From: Octopus bimaculoides
Lineage: Eukaryota
Length of the DNA stretch: 56,075 nt
NCBI RefSeq assembly: GCF_001194135.2
Contig: NC_068982.1
Coordinates: 130,168,212 to 130,224,286 of the forward strand
Direction: 5' to 3'
Under the pieces are notes generated by a model. That model did not search any database. It saw only the letters and a program-made list of their open reading frames with translations, and was not told the DNA's origin. The stretch's first letter is position 1; each line of letters begins with the position of its first letter. Positions 1 to 13,690 of this stretch are shown here, in pieces. Position numbers and translations under genes: made by a program.

Positions 1-720
1 ATATATATATATATATATACGTATAGATGTAAGTATGTACATATACGTATGTATATATGCATTTATAATATTATTTATATTATATTATATATATATATAT
101 ATACACACAAAGGGTAGAAAATGTTAAGTGGTGTTTCATACATTTCCTAAGATAACAGTGTCAGATCAAAGATGTCTTACTCTACCTTGCTTGCGACGAT
201 TGATTAAATTTAATACAGCAAGAAAATGACTTATAACTGTTATTAAGGAAGTTACTATTAAGAACCTTCAATGTTTACCCTTGGTGTTCAAGAGAATGAT
301 ATGAAAGTAAATTGGATGAGAGCTAGAATGGAAACGTTTTCGACGAGGTTCGTTTTGTCGGAACCTTTATCCATTTCTCTGCAATACACCCCACGTAGAC
401 ATTAGATAAACTTGCCTAACTCATAAGAATATATTCTATGATTCTTGAGTGACATGCGAAATCCTATATCTAATCACTTTCTCATATAATCAATCCACTG
501 TGTGATAACGATTTAGCAGTTCAAATTCTATACCGCTTCTTGACAAAATTTGTTCGTTAAACATCTTCACTAGACAGAAACGAGAAACACAACAGGCGTG
601 CGATGAATTTAGAGTCACGTTTCAAAATTCTTAAAGAAAAAACAACAAACGCTACGGTAAAATTGGGTATGCTCTCTTCATTTACAAACACGTTTACTTT
701 TACGCACGTATACCCTATGT

Positions 721-852
721 ATGCGTGTATGTATGTACTCATGTGAGTCTACTTACATATACTATAAGATATGTATGCATATATGCTTGTATATACGCAT
801 ATATAAGTATATATATATATGTGTGTGTATCTGTGTGCGTGTACGTGTGTAT

Positions 853-895
<43 letters not shown>

Positions 896-913
896 AATGT
901 ATATGTAGATAAC

Positions 914-965
<52 letters not shown>

Positions 966-1913
966 CATGCATACATATATGAAATTTATAAATACTGTTC
1001 TACTATATGCAAGCGTTTCAATGGGTGTGGTCTATCTCTATCTCCTTCTGTGTGTGTTTATGTGTGTACCTGCATATGTATATATGTGTATGTGTGTGTG
1101 TGTGTATGTGTGTGTGTATGTGTGTGTGTATGTGTGTGTGTATGTGTGTGTTCGTGTCTGTGTGTGTATGTGCATATATATATATATATATATATATNNN
1201 NNNNNNNNNNNNNNNNNNNNNNNNNNNNNNNNNNNNNNNNNNNNNNNNNNNNNNNNNNNNNNNNNNNNNNNNNNNNNNNNNNNNNNNNNNNNNNNNNNNN
1301 NNNNNNNNNNNNNNNNNNNNNNNNNNNNNNNNNNNNNNNNNNNNNNNNNNNNNNNNNNNNNNNNNNNNNNNNNNNNNNNNNNNNNNNNNNNNNNNNNNNN
1401 NNNNNNNNNNNNNNNNNNNNNNNNNNNNNNNNNNNNNNNNNNNNNNNNNNNNNNNNNNNNNNNNNNNNNNNNNNNNNNNNNNNNNNNNNNNNNNNNNNNN
1501 NNNNNNNNNNNNNNNNNNNNNNNNNNNNNNNNNNNNNNNNNNNNNNNNNNNNNNNNNNNNNNNNNNNNNNNNNNNNNNNNNNNNNNNNNNNNNNNNNNNN
1601 NNNNNNNNNNNNNNNNNNNNNNNNNNNNNNNNNNNNNNNNNNNNNNNNNNNNNNNNNNNNNNNNNNNNNNNNNNNNNNNNNNNNNNNNNNNNNNNNNNNN
1701 NNNNNNNNNNNNNNNNNNNNNNNNNNNNNNNNNNNNNNNNNNNNNNNNNNNNNNNNNNNNNNNNNNNNNNNNNNNNNNNNNNNNNNNNNNNNNNNNNNNN
1801 NNNNNNNNNNNNNNNNNNNNNNNNNNNNNNNNNNNNNNNNNNNNNNNNNNNNNNNNNNNNNNNNNNNNNNNNNNNNNNNNNNNNNNNNNNNNNNNNNNNN
1901 NNNNNNNNNNNNN

Positions 1914-1970
<57 letters not shown>

Positions 1971-2096
1971 GGACACACACATATATATGAACATATATAT
2001 ACATACATATCTATGTGTGTATTTGTGTGTGTGTATTTGTGTGTGAGTGTATTTGTGTATGTGTGTGTGTGTGTGTGCTTGTGTGTGTGTGTGTAA
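721..2096. repeat. Compound (CA)n/(TG)n/(TA)n microsatellite block surrounding an assembly gap
   Basis: Dinucleotide arrays read directly; the N-run begins and ends in (TA)n. All ORFs here are artefacts. Confidence 0.95.
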
Positions 2097-2781
2097 GAAT
2101 CTAATGAGCAAATCGAGTATAACCAAAAAAATGAATAGAAATATAGCTGAAAATAATTAGCTAAAATATAGAGCAACGTTCATTGCAGAAAACATTTACT
2201 CCCATTAAGTTTAATGCATCGAAACCTTTTATTTTTTTTAACTTCATGTCTGACCTGATCCCGCTGAAGTATGATCAATGAATGGTCAGCCATAGTCACC
2301 CCATTTTATATTGAGATATATCATATCTAGAACTACATCATTATATAATGCTTCGATTTAAAGACGATAGGGCAACGAACCCTAACAATGAAAACTATAT
2401 ATTTACTCAGATATTCTTTCTGCTGTTACTTATACCACAATGCTCTAAACATATGATTTATTAGCGAAAGTTTAAGCATACTGCAATATAATGCACACAC
2501 ACACGCGCGCGCGCATATACATATACACATTCACACACACATATACATATATACACACATACACATGGTTTTACATATATACACAGACATACCCATACAC
2601 AGCTATAAATCCACACAGCTACCCATATGTGCCTACATAGATATTATACCAAATCACTTATACTTATATATACTCCTCTATATATACCTAGATACATATA
2701 TATTAGATATATACACAGTCATATCTGCACAAAGACCTTCATATATATAGATGTATACCGCTTCCCATATATGAATAAGTG

Positions 2782-2921
2782 TGAAGGCACGTGGCTTAGT
2801 GGTTAGGGCATTCGGCTCACAATCGTGAGTTCAATTCCCGGCGACACGTTGTGTCCTTGAGCAACACATTTTATTTCACGTTGCTCCAATTTACTCAGCT
2901 GGCAAAAATGAGTAGTACCTG
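2782..2921 (+). mobile_element. tRNA-derived SINE, family C, 5' part only
   Basis: A-box-like TGGCTTAGTGG and B-box-like GAGTTCAATTCC; closely matches the copies at 52633 (+) and 53579-53902 (-). Confidence 0.8.
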
Positions 2922-4018
2922 CACAACCGAAAGTTGTACGCAGGCACCCTAAAGAAATTGCGGATCTCCCGAAAGTGTTTAACCCGGCGGTAGAACCAAG
3001 CCTGGAAGAGAGGAATAAGGAGGGGTAACAGGTCTCAGTAGTATTGAGAACAATCCCCTCGAAAGATGAAAGCGCAGGTAGGCTAGACTTTCCTTCTTTT
3101 TTGGTTTTTGACATGGTTATATTATGTATAGGTTGCTTGAATGTACGTGACCTGGGCTCGAAGCGGAAGCAGGCTTGTTTCCTCGACGACCTCAGGTTAC
3201 ATAGAATTGATGTTATGGTTGCTACAGAGATCAAGTTGGACAAGCTGTAGGCCTTCTCAACTCTCCTGAATGGCTATGAGAAAATCATGTCTCCTAGTCG
3301 GACAGTGGGGAAGGGAGGTGTTGTAGTCTTGCTCCGGAAAAACTTGGCCCTGCAGACACGTACGATCTTCGTGGACCCAGAAGGCGAGTCGGTCGTTCTG
3401 GATCTAACATTCAGTAGTAAGGCCTTCAGGCTGGTTGGCATTTACACGCCTGGCACGACAGGCAAACGGAATGAGTTCTGTCAACGCCTGGAGAACTTCC
3501 TGGTGACGTCAGACATTAGTTTTGCTAGGAGACTTCAACGCTATTTTGAATGCACGCCAGGATAGCGTAGGCTTGAAACAGGAAATGTAACTCACGTCTC
3601 GCCGATCTGCTGAAGCGATTTAGGATGGCAGATTGATATAGACTTGATAATCCGAGCGTTCAGTGTTGAAATGGAGTTATAACGACGGATCAATCAGGTC
3701 TTATATAGACAGGATAATAGTTAACGCTAGAAATAAGTCTAGTTTTAGCTGTTACAGTTCACCTATGTACCCTACACGGATCACATATTAGTGACGTGTA
3801 GGATGCATATAGATAAGGTTCATAGACAGAGATCTGGTTATTGGAAGTTGAACAATTCCCTTTTGGATTTGAAACTTACAATAGCCAGATTAAGGTGTTA
3901 GTAATGAGGGCACTAACCGGAAGCTGAGAGTGAATGGGGTCGTGTTAGTGTAGCCGGTCAAGACGAAAAAGGAGGAAAAAAAAGAACGAAAAAAAAAGAA
4001 GAAAAAGAAGGAAAAAAC
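2922..4018 (+). mobile_element. Decayed Tx1/L1-clade LINE fragment (APE endonuclease) with an A-rich tail
   Basis: Across frameshifts from 3113: CLNVRDLG, VATEIKL, GKGGVVVLLRK, RLVGIYTP, LGDFNA, SYIDRII, YTDH, GYWKLNNSLL. These are L1-type endonuclease motifs. A-rich run at about 3962-4018. Confidence 0.85.
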
Positions 4019-4376
4019 CGGTGGGTTAAACAAAAACCCAAGAACTATATTTTTAACAATTATTTTTTTACTCGCATTTCCATTTCTCGATTTTATGTTC
4101 GATTTATCATCTCGATTTATTCCAATTTATCATGATTATAACCCCAACCCTGTGTAAGACTGTCCTTGTTTTGTCCTCGCATCTGTTCTGTCCTTTCTAT
4201 GTATGTACTTATAGGCAAATAAAGAAATTCAGAAGCAAGACAGCTGCGACATAAGCCACGTATTTCTATTGGAACTTTTTGAAAATCAGTGTAAACTGTG
4301 AAACCGGTTAAAGCTTTAAATATATTAATAAAAAGTATTTTAACTATTCTCAGTGCATTTTCAACTTCGATGTTTC

Positions 4377-4428
<52 letters not shown>

Positions 4429-4757
4429 NNNNNNNNNNACACATACACACACACATACACACACACATACACACACACACTCACACACACACATACATAT
4501 ACATACATAAATGTGTGTATATAATGTGCATATGTGTGTGTGTATATATATATATATATTTTTTATGTATATGGATGCATGCGCGCGCGCGCGAATGATG
4601 TCTGTATAGTACATGTATTATGAAGTAAATGTTTTCTAAGTAAAGTGAGAAAGTGTTTGTCTAAGGTAATGGCTGCGTTAATGCTGTACAGAGGTTTGAA
4701 CTACGTAATATTTCTTGTTCAGTTCTTAATCGTAACTGTTGCAATGTAAGTGTTGTT

Positions 4758-4940
4758 AAGGCGGCGAGCTGGCGGAAACGTTAGCACGCCGGGCGAAATG
4801 CTTAGCGGTATTTCGTCTGCCGTTACGTTCTGAGTTCAAATTCCGCCGAGGTCGACTTTGCTTTTCATCCTTTCGGGGTCGATAAATTAAGTACCAGTTA
4901 CGCACTGGGGGCGATGTAATCGACTTAATCCGTTCGTCTG
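4758..4940 (+). mobile_element. SINE family A (AAGGCGGCGAGCTGGC head), truncated by a gap
   Basis: Matches the full copy at 18744; contains GAGTTCAAATTCC and CCTTTCGGGGTCGATAAATTAAGTACCAG. Confidence 0.85.
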
Positions 4941-5248
4941 NNNNNNNNNNNNNNNNNNNNNNNNNNNNNNNNNNNNNNNNNNNNNNNNNNNNNNNNNNNN
5001 NNNNNNNNNNNNNNNNNNNNNNNNNNNNNNNNNNNNNNNNNNNNNNNNNNNNNNNNNNNNNNNNNNNNNNNNNNNNNNNNNNNNNNNNNNNNNNNNNNNN
5101 NNNNNNNNNNNNNNNNNNNNNNNNNNNNNNNNNNNNNNNNNNNNNNNNNNNNNNNNNNNNNNNNNNNNNNNNNNNNNNNNNNNNNNNNNNNNNNNNNNNN
5201 NNNNNNNNNNNNNNNNNNNNNNNNNNNNNNNNNNNNNNNNNNNNNNNN

Positions 5249-5605
5249 GTGGTTAGGGCAGCGGACGCGCGGTCATAGGATCGCAGTTTCGATTCCCAGA
5301 CCGGGCGTTGCGAGTGTTTATTGAGCGAAAACACCTAAAAGCTCCACGAGGCTCCGTCAGGGGATGGCGGCGAACCCTGCTGTACTCTTTCACCACAACT
5401 TTCTCTCACTCTTACTTCCTGTTTCTGTTGTGCCTGTAATTCAAAGGGTCAGCCTTGTCACGCTGAATATCCTCGAGAACTACGTAAAGGGTACACGTGT
5501 CTGTGGAGTGCTCAGCCACTTGCACGTTAATTTCACGAGCAGACTGTTCCGTTGATCGGATCAACTGGAACCCTCGACGTCGTAAGCGTCGGAGTGCCAA
5601 CAACA
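5249..5605 (+). mobile_element. tRNA-derived SINE sharing its 3' tail with family C
   Basis: tRNA-like head (GTGGTTAGGG...TTCGATTCCC); the tail GTCACGCTGAAT...GGGTACACGTGTCTG...TTAATTTCACGAGCA matches the reverse complement of 53579-53740. Confidence 0.8.
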
Positions 5606-6200
5606 TTTTCCTTCACAACCGCTTCCACATAGTGTATCAGATATAGAAATATTCACAAGGTAGCACCTTACAATAACGATTATGTACATAGTATTATGAA
5701 TTGATTAAGATACATGAATAAATGTAAAACCTTATAAATTTTATTTCAGGAATAGCGAAAAATACTTTCCGGATTTTTTACTTTAAGTCAAGTGTAAATT
5801 AGAAAAACTATATCCAAGGACATTCCAGCCGTATCCCTCCCATCAATTATTCAAATCTAATGCATCCTTTACAATATTATCCACTACGTACTAATTCTAG
5901 CCTGTTGAACGGCCGCGTAGATGTACCCTTTGCTATCTCGTATTGTAAGTTCCGCTGTGGAATTAAGTTTAAGTGTCAGAGTTGAAAGGAGCTACATGCT
6001 GGGAGTTAATTTCCCTATCCCGCCTCCAACACATACACTTTTTGTAGAAGCTTTTAAAGACCGCCCAGAATTCTTGGCATTCCGTGAAGAACGATTACAA
6101 ATTATAAACAAACGTTATGACAATAATTCTGTCAGGAACTCAACTGAGGACTGACATTGCTATTATGATTTGATGTCTTATTGTTATAAACTGGAGGTCA

Positions 6201-6245
<45 letters not shown>

Positions 6246-7309
6246 TGTGTGTGTGTGCATATGCATATATGTGTGAGCGTGTTTATTTTAGGAAACAAAT
6301 GTAAGAATAGTGACGGAACATTTTTACTGAATACTGAGAGTAGATTGAAATTCATTGTAAAATTCTTGTTGGCTAGGANNNNNNNNNNNNNNNNNNNNNN
6401 NNNNNNNNNNNNNNNNNNNNNNNNNNNNNNNNNNNNNNNNNNNNNNNNNNNNNNNNNNNNNNNNNNNNNNNNNNNNNNNNNNNNNNNNNNNNNNNNNNNN
6501 NNNNNNNNNNNNNNNNNNNNNNNNNNNNNNNNNNNNNNNNNNNNNNNNNNNNNNNNNNNNNNNNNNNNNNNNNNNNNNNNNNNNNNNNNNNNNNNNNNNN
6601 NNNNNNNNNNNNNNNNNNNNNNNNNNNNNNNNNNNNNNNNNNNNNNNNNNNNNNNNNNNNNNNNNNNNNNNNNNNNNNNTATATATATATATATGGATAT
6701 GTCGAAAGAGAAAGAGAGAAATAGTGTGCGTACTGCTATGTATGAGTGTAAGAGAAGCTGAGATAGAGAGACAGAAAGAGAAAAAAGAATGTTGTTTGTA
6801 AGAGTGAGAGAGTGAGAGTGCGAGAGATGAGAGCTTTTGTGTGTCTCTGTAAGTGCATGTGTGTGAGTGAATCCAGGTATAGCTGAGTGCCTCTGTAGTT
6901 GTAAGGACTAGAGTTCGGTCCTACAGCATGATAACATGTGAAAATGTTTTTTATCATAACCTCAGACCGACGCAAAGCTTATGAATGAAATGTGTTAAGC
7001 CTGTCGGATGGGATGTAAAGAATCATGGTCACCCACTTTACCACCTGGCTAAAGTTTTTAAAATGCAAGAAATTAATGTTATTTATAAGAACCAATAAAA
7101 CGGTTTTTATATATTCATTCAAACTGCTAGACATGGCAGCTAAAGCTAAATTCTCTTCAGACCACATCTTACTTTACTGTCTTAAATAATGTGAAAAAAC
7201 ACATTGGATAATATACTCCTTAATACATTGTCTGAACACAAAGTGGGGAGGATGCCATGGCTGGAACGCTTAGTGATAAATCAATTTCATCAATGCTGGT
7301 GTAGTGTTA

Positions 7310-7460
7310 AAAAACTACAGCAACAACAAATGCAGCATCCGTAACAGCAGCAGTAGCAGCAGTAGAAGCAGCTGCAGTAGCAGCAGCTGCAGTAGCAGCA
7401 GCAGCAGCAGCAGCAAAGGCAGCAGCAGCAACAACAACTACAACAACAACAACAACAGCA
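7310..7460. repeat. (CAG)/(CAA)/(TAG) trinucleotide repeat
   Basis: Read directly from the sequence. Confidence 0.9.
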
Positions 7461-7629
7461 ATACCAATATTTATGTCTGAAACTTTTGCAAAAAATGTAG
7501 AGCAAGAGGTTAGTTCCAGTTGAAGGCCTATCTTCTCAGTAATGTTGCCAATGGCTTTTAAGAGAGTCATATACATCACAACATCCCATTTATGGTGCTC
7601 TCAAAATGAATAACTAAATGTCTTAAATA

Positions 7630-7845
7630 CGTTGCTGTTGTTTAACACCAGACCAGTAATAACCAAACAGACCTATAACCGAAGATGCTCTATCCAGGGC
7701 TATCCCGTCTTTCTCTTGCAAATTATATATCCAGGACTATTCAATGCGTCCCTTTCGTTTTAAGACAAGACGTCATTTGAGGGAGATTAGGCTGAGTTTT
7801 CATGCTGATCGAGCGACTATATAGAGGTTCCTTCGTTGGCAGGAA
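7630..7845 (+). mobile_element. Interspersed repeat family D (probable SINE), degraded; related pieces near 5810, 11255, 14650 and 27530
   Basis: Recurring segments CATTCCAGCC, CATTAYCCAATG and GAGGGAGAT..GGCTG shared between copies. Confidence 0.55.
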
Positions 7846-7876
7846 ATATCTGATATTTGGTGTTGGGGGGGGGGGC

Positions 7877-8021
7877 ACAACTGGTACTTAATTTATCGAC
7901 CCCGAAAGGATGAAAGGCAAAGTCGACCTCGACGGAATTTGAGCTCAGAACGTAAAAGACAGACGAAATACCGCTAAGTATTTCGCCCGGCGTGCGAACG
8001 TTTCTGCCAGGTCGCCGCCTT
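7877..8021 (-). mobile_element. SINE family A
   Basis: Reverse complement of the 4758 and 18744 copies. Confidence 0.85.
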
Positions 8022-8699
8022 AGCTACTATTACAATAGATTAGGTAAAGTAAGCTTTGCGAAAATATACAAACTTCTCGTTCTCGATAATGTCGCACAGT
8101 AGGGATCAATTAGAGAGGCTTTATTTACTCGAGTATATCATATAATTTCTTTACTTTTTTTTTGTTTTTGGCTATTCATATAGACAGAGTAATTTATTGT
8201 TCTTTATTTCTCACTAAATCAAGGAAAAACTCTACTGTACAGTAATATGAAGTTTTTTTTGCATACATTATTCTTCATACATTTTGATATAGGATTGATT
8301 TCATCATCTTTAATTTGCTACCTAAATGTTCAGAAAAAGGTGTAGAGGGCTTTTGCTTGGGGTATAATATTTATTGAATAGTGCAAAATGCTTAGCGGCA
8401 TTTCGTTCGTTTTCACGTTCTGAGTCAAGATTCCACTGAGGTCGACTTTAACTTCCACCCTTTCGGGGTCGATAAATTAACACTTGGTAGAATTCCTGAT
8501 AAAGATGATTCTCTGAAAGAGACTGACGTAAGAAATTCCGTTTTATGATTTGATACATAAAATTATTGCAGGATTGACGGTACGTTTTGATATTATTTCT
8601 TTTGGAAATATCCCACATCTGGAAAATATTTCTAAAAGAAAACGAAAAAGTTTAAGTCCCACTAATATCTTGTTGATCTTAAGGATGAAACTTTTGCAC

Positions 8700-9000
8700 T
8701 AGAAAAACAATATTTATCGTTGATACTTCAAGCAAAATTAAAAAAAACCCAGAACTGAAAACTTCAGAATTGTTAAATTTAATATTTGCCTATAATCTTT
8801 TTGAGACATTTCCAAATATTTGAGTTTGAGAATAATGTTGGCAATTCCAGCTACGGTAGCATCAGAAAGATCTTTTAGCAAACTCATATAAAAATCTTTT
8901 TAAAGTCTGCCAGTCTACCATGTCTACCATGTCTCAAACTCGGCTTGTTGATTTGGAAGGACTGAGTATTGATTCAAGCTATGTCATTCTGATGTACAGG
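8700..9000 (+). mobile_element. hAT transposase remnant (C-terminal dimerisation domain)
   Basis: Frameshifted translation gives FETFPNI / LRIMLAIPATVASERSFSKL / STMSQTRLVDLEGLSID, matching the hAT pattern FPN...IP.T.AS.ERSFS.L...RSTM.Q.RL..L..LSI. Confidence 0.8.
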
Positions 9001-9569
9001 GAACAGAATATTTACAAAAGCTTACTAATGGTCATATTAAGAAATCAGTCATCATGTTCGATTATTCTTTTATAATCATGAACCAAAAATTGTATATTTT
9101 ATCCATATTATATCATAATTATATTTCCCACAAAGAAAGGATAACTACAGCTTTAAATTTTTGTGTTACATGATTAAGTTTATTGAAAAGAAATGTTGAG
9201 AATTTAAGTTCTAAACGGATCTTTAAAATCAATATTCAGAGAAAGTCCCTAATGCAAAACAGTCTTCTCCGAATTGTAAACTTTCTCTTGGAAGCTTCGC
9301 TGGCAGGGTATATTCTGTCTGAAAATATCTATAAGTGAACGGCATCGATAAAATGCTTTACTAAGAGCCAACGAGGGAGACTCTACGCAGTCTCTCAATC
9401 TGCTAGAACAGGAGTGTTAGCATAGGGCCAGCAGTAATGTATAGTACGGCATCCGACTCATTTTTAAAAATGTTACCTAATTTTTAAATATTCCGTAAAC
9501 TATGTATCGTCAACGAGCGTTCAGAGTCAGAGCCACTTAAGAGTCGCTTCAATTCGTAATATCGATTTC

Positions 9570-9778
9570 AAATTTTGGTACAAGGCCATGAGTTTCGGGG
9601 GAGGGGGTAAATCGATTACATCGGCCTCAGTACTTGACTGGTACTTATGTTATCAAATTCGAAAGGACGAAAGGATAAGATGATCCTGGTCGTGTTTGAA
9701 CTCAGAACGTAAAGACGGACGAAATGTCGCTTAGCCTTTTAACCGGCGTGCTAACGATTCTGCCAGCTCGTCGCCTTG
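9570..9778 (-). mobile_element. SINE family A variant
   Basis: Contains CTGGTACTTA and GAACTCAGAACGTAAAGACGGACGAAAT...CTGCCAGCTCGTCGCCTT. Confidence 0.75.
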
Positions 9779-11036
9779 TTTTATTTAGTAATATCAGTGT
9801 GCTTTACGAAATCTTTCATCCGAACCAATAAAGAAGTTTATGGATTCACATACTAGAATATCTATCTATTACCCCTTCCCCTTGTCGATACACGCTGAGC
9901 CAAACATGTTCTTTTTATATTCCTTTTCATTTTTTCTTATATTTTCTTTCATTAATTAATTAATTAATTAATTAATTAATTAATTAATTAATTTATTTAT
10001 TTATTTGCAGATCTACGCAGCTATCTGTCCAAATGGATTAGGGTGATATGAACGAAGTTAAAAGACTTTGCTGTTGAAACAGTGTAAGCCTTCTGCAAAG
10101 CATTGGTCTTCTCAAGAATTCTAAGCATTCATTCGAATAATTTCTTTCTCTGTTCTTACTCTAAGGACATTTACTTAATTGGTCTGTATATATACCATAT
10201 CGAGATTTCCCCACACGTTCCTACACACAAACTATACTTGCGTTGCTTTACTGTTAGCAAAGATATTATAATGTACCTTAAACTCTATTCACTTACTGCT
10301 TTATGAATAAGGATTTTAGGAGTGCTTGTCCCTATCTGACCCACGTGATCTAGTTTATGCTTCTATATGTCCCAAAAAACCCAAAGACGACAAAAACAAT
10401 ACTTTTCTGAGATCGATTCATTTGTACGACAAGATTTCATGTTGTGGTGGGCAAACTAAATGTGTCGAAACTAAGAGACTGTTTGCTTGAAAATTGTTTA
10501 TCATCAGGAAGTCTCTGGCAGGGAAAACATGTCAGTAGTGTTGTTCCTTGTTGAGTGACGAAGAATTCATGATGTACATGCTGACAATAAGAAAACAAAG
10601 TAAGAAAAAGAAGCTACAAGTACTAACAAGAACAACAACGGCGACGACAACAACATCGATAGAATAATTAAAGGACAACAACAAGAAGAACAAATGCAAC
10701 AATTTCTTAAATGCCTTCAAGGTCTTGTGATCTGTGTGAGGTCAGTTGTGTCACAGCTATGTATGTGGCTTGACCTTCATCTAAAGTAGGAAGTTGTCGG
10801 CGGTTTCACTTCAGAGAAGAACGTTACTTGCATGGACACATATGTATATGCACATACAAACTGACACATACACAAACAGACACATACGCGCGTAAACATT
10901 CATACATATAAAGGCAAAAAACACGCGTTTATGTTCACATAGTTCTACACCCACAAGTACGCATTCAGCCACCCACACGCATTTGTGTGTGTGATTGAGT
11001 GTTTGTGCACGAGCATGTGTGTGAGTGTGTGTGTAT

Positions 11037-11076
<40 letters not shown>

Positions 11077-11736
11077 GTGTGTGTAAACACATATGATGTG
11101 CAGCTACGTTGCTCACATTTTTGGTGGTGAGGTTGACTGACACACAACTCTTGAGTGCTTAGTAATAACTTCAAGCACTGTATATGAGTCGAGGGCAAAG
11201 GTTATTCGTCTCTTCTCTAACATTCCCTCTCTTATTGCAATGACAAAGAAATATTTTGTTGTTGTTTAGCCCCGGGTCAATTTTGGCCGAAAAAATCTTT
11301 GGCCAAAGACATTCCAGCCTTGACTAACCTGTCATTTGTTTTTTTAGGCACGGTATATTTAAGACATTACCCAATGTTTTCTTCCTTTCTGGATGCTACG
11401 TCTTGGCTCAGAGAAGTAATTTATTACCGAACTTCCCATAATTTCAAAAGCTGTTATTGAATGTTATTCAGGCCAACTCAGTATAAAATACAGTTGTGTT
11501 AAAGATGGGATAATCATGGCTGCAGTACCTTTGATCAGGCTGGCTTAGGGGCTAGAAACAATGATAGCTTTTAACTTCTAAATTTAATACAAAAAAGCAG
11601 GCATATTTACTTATTTTACATTCGTCCTGGTAGACGTCAGTTTTATGTCTGCATATGTGCATATGTATATGTGTATATTTATGTATATGTATACATATAT
11701 ATATATATATATATGTATGTATATATATGTATTATG

Positions 11737-11798
<62 letters not shown>

Positions 11799-12070
11799 TG
11801 TCTGATTTAATATTTCCTACAGCTTCAGATATATTCCACTCGAAGGAACCTATTTGGTCTCATTAAAAAGAGAAGTCAAACAATTACGTCCACTTACAAA
11901 AAAAATTATCTCCTGCACTCGACATTTTATCTTTTGCTGCCACACATCTCTCTCTTCCACAGACCTCATCCAATCTTGCCCCCACTCTTCCTCGATTGAA
12001 GAAGCCGACTTCTAATCATTTTTTGATTAGATTACCGTAAGCTTCAGCTGAGTCTGTAGGTCCGTAGGGT

Positions 12071-12146
<76 letters not shown>

Positions 12147-12156
12147 NNNNNNNNNN

Positions 12157-12212
<56 letters not shown>

Positions 12213-12321
12213 TCTAAAATTTGATAACAGTGGCGTAATTTCACTGATTTAAGCAAGTAAAGAAATACAGACATAAAGTGATTAATGTATAAATTTCTCG
12301 TATGTATGCATGAATGTCTGC

Positions 12322-12352
<31 letters not shown>

Positions 12353-13527
12353 TGTATGTATGTATTTTTGCATATATGTGTACGTACGAGTATGTGTGTT
12401 TCTGTCTATGCGTTTATGTGCGCACATCTGCTTTTGTATTCCTGCGTACAGGAAGTTGTATTTAAATGCGCAAAACTACTCCGTATACACTTGTACGTAT
12501 ATCGTATACATACATGCACTTGCTTGACTTAATGGCGACTTAGTTAACAACGATATGCGCAAGATGGACATTCGTCCACATGTTGATACTATTGAAAATC
12601 CTTGTTATGCATATACATCTTTGGTGTACAGAAGTCTATTCTACGCAGCGTAGCCGAGTGGTTACACAATTTGCTTCGCAATCATGAGAGACAGATTTCG
12701 ATCTCACTGCGTGGCATTTTGAGCAAGTAACTTTTACTTCAATCTTGGTCTTGTGAGTAAAAATTGAGCGGAAATTGTGACGGGTGGATTATTCATTATT
12801 TCAAAGATCCAGTCTCGTTACATGAAGTTCCGGTCTCGTACTCACTACAGTGCATCTTAGGCAAGTGTCCAAGGTTTGTTAGTGAAGCTGGATAGACAGA
12901 AACTCTGCAGAAGAACGAGGATTGGAATCTACTTGTAATTCAAAAGTCCAACCTTGACACACAGTATCACTGATTCTGTTTGTGAATTACGTTAATTGTT
13001 TATATGTCTATGGAATGCTCAATTACTTACAGTCTAGTTCAATGTGCAGATAACTCAGTTGATTGAATAGTGGAATACTCTCAACCCACGAAGATCCATT
13101 TACTAATATATTTTTGTTTCCTTCGTGAAATTAATAGGCCATCAACGTTATCACTCGTCCGCAAGAAATAGGAGCCAAAATTTTCAAATCACACTCAGCT
13201 AGTCTTTAAAAATCCCAGCAATAATAAACATACACCTAGAAAAAAATTAGCAGCATAACTGATACATACGAAATGTGTACAACACATTTCATCAATTGTA
13301 TAAATGTAAATATCGCCGGCTTCCCCTCGAATTTCGAACCGCGATTTACATATCTCAATAACTAAGTTATTGCTATGTTGAGCGTTGAACTAAGGTCGCA
13401 GCATAGCAATAACTTAGTAATTATGCTTTTTAACTTCAGAATAGATTTTTTAGTTAAAAAAATGAAAAATTTTCCAAAAAGGGACTTCGTTAAATACTAA
13501 GTTCTTTCTGTGAAGCTTAATACATTC

Positions 13528-13539
13528 TTCTTCTTCTGC

Positions 13540-13583
<44 letters not shown>

Positions 13584-13591
13584 GCTGCTGC

Positions 13592-13628
<37 letters not shown>

Positions 13629-13690
13629 CTTCTTCTTCTTCTTCTTCTTCTTCTTCTTCTTCTTCTTCTTCTTCTTCTTCTTCGCCGCCT
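13528..13690. repeat. (TTG)n-(TTC)n compound trinucleotide microsatellite
   Basis: Read directly from the sequence. Confidence 0.95.

Noticed and set aside
2803-3243. 146 aa minus-strand ORF
   Set aside because: Antisense shadow of the SINE and Tx1-like fragment.
5921-6154. 77 aa plus ORF / possible terminal exon
   Set aside because: No recognisable domain; overlaps degraded repeat-like sequence.
10460-10515. Minus-strand CTGATGA...CAAACAGTC hammerhead candidate
   Set aside because: GAAA is mutated, and neither stem I nor stem II pairs.
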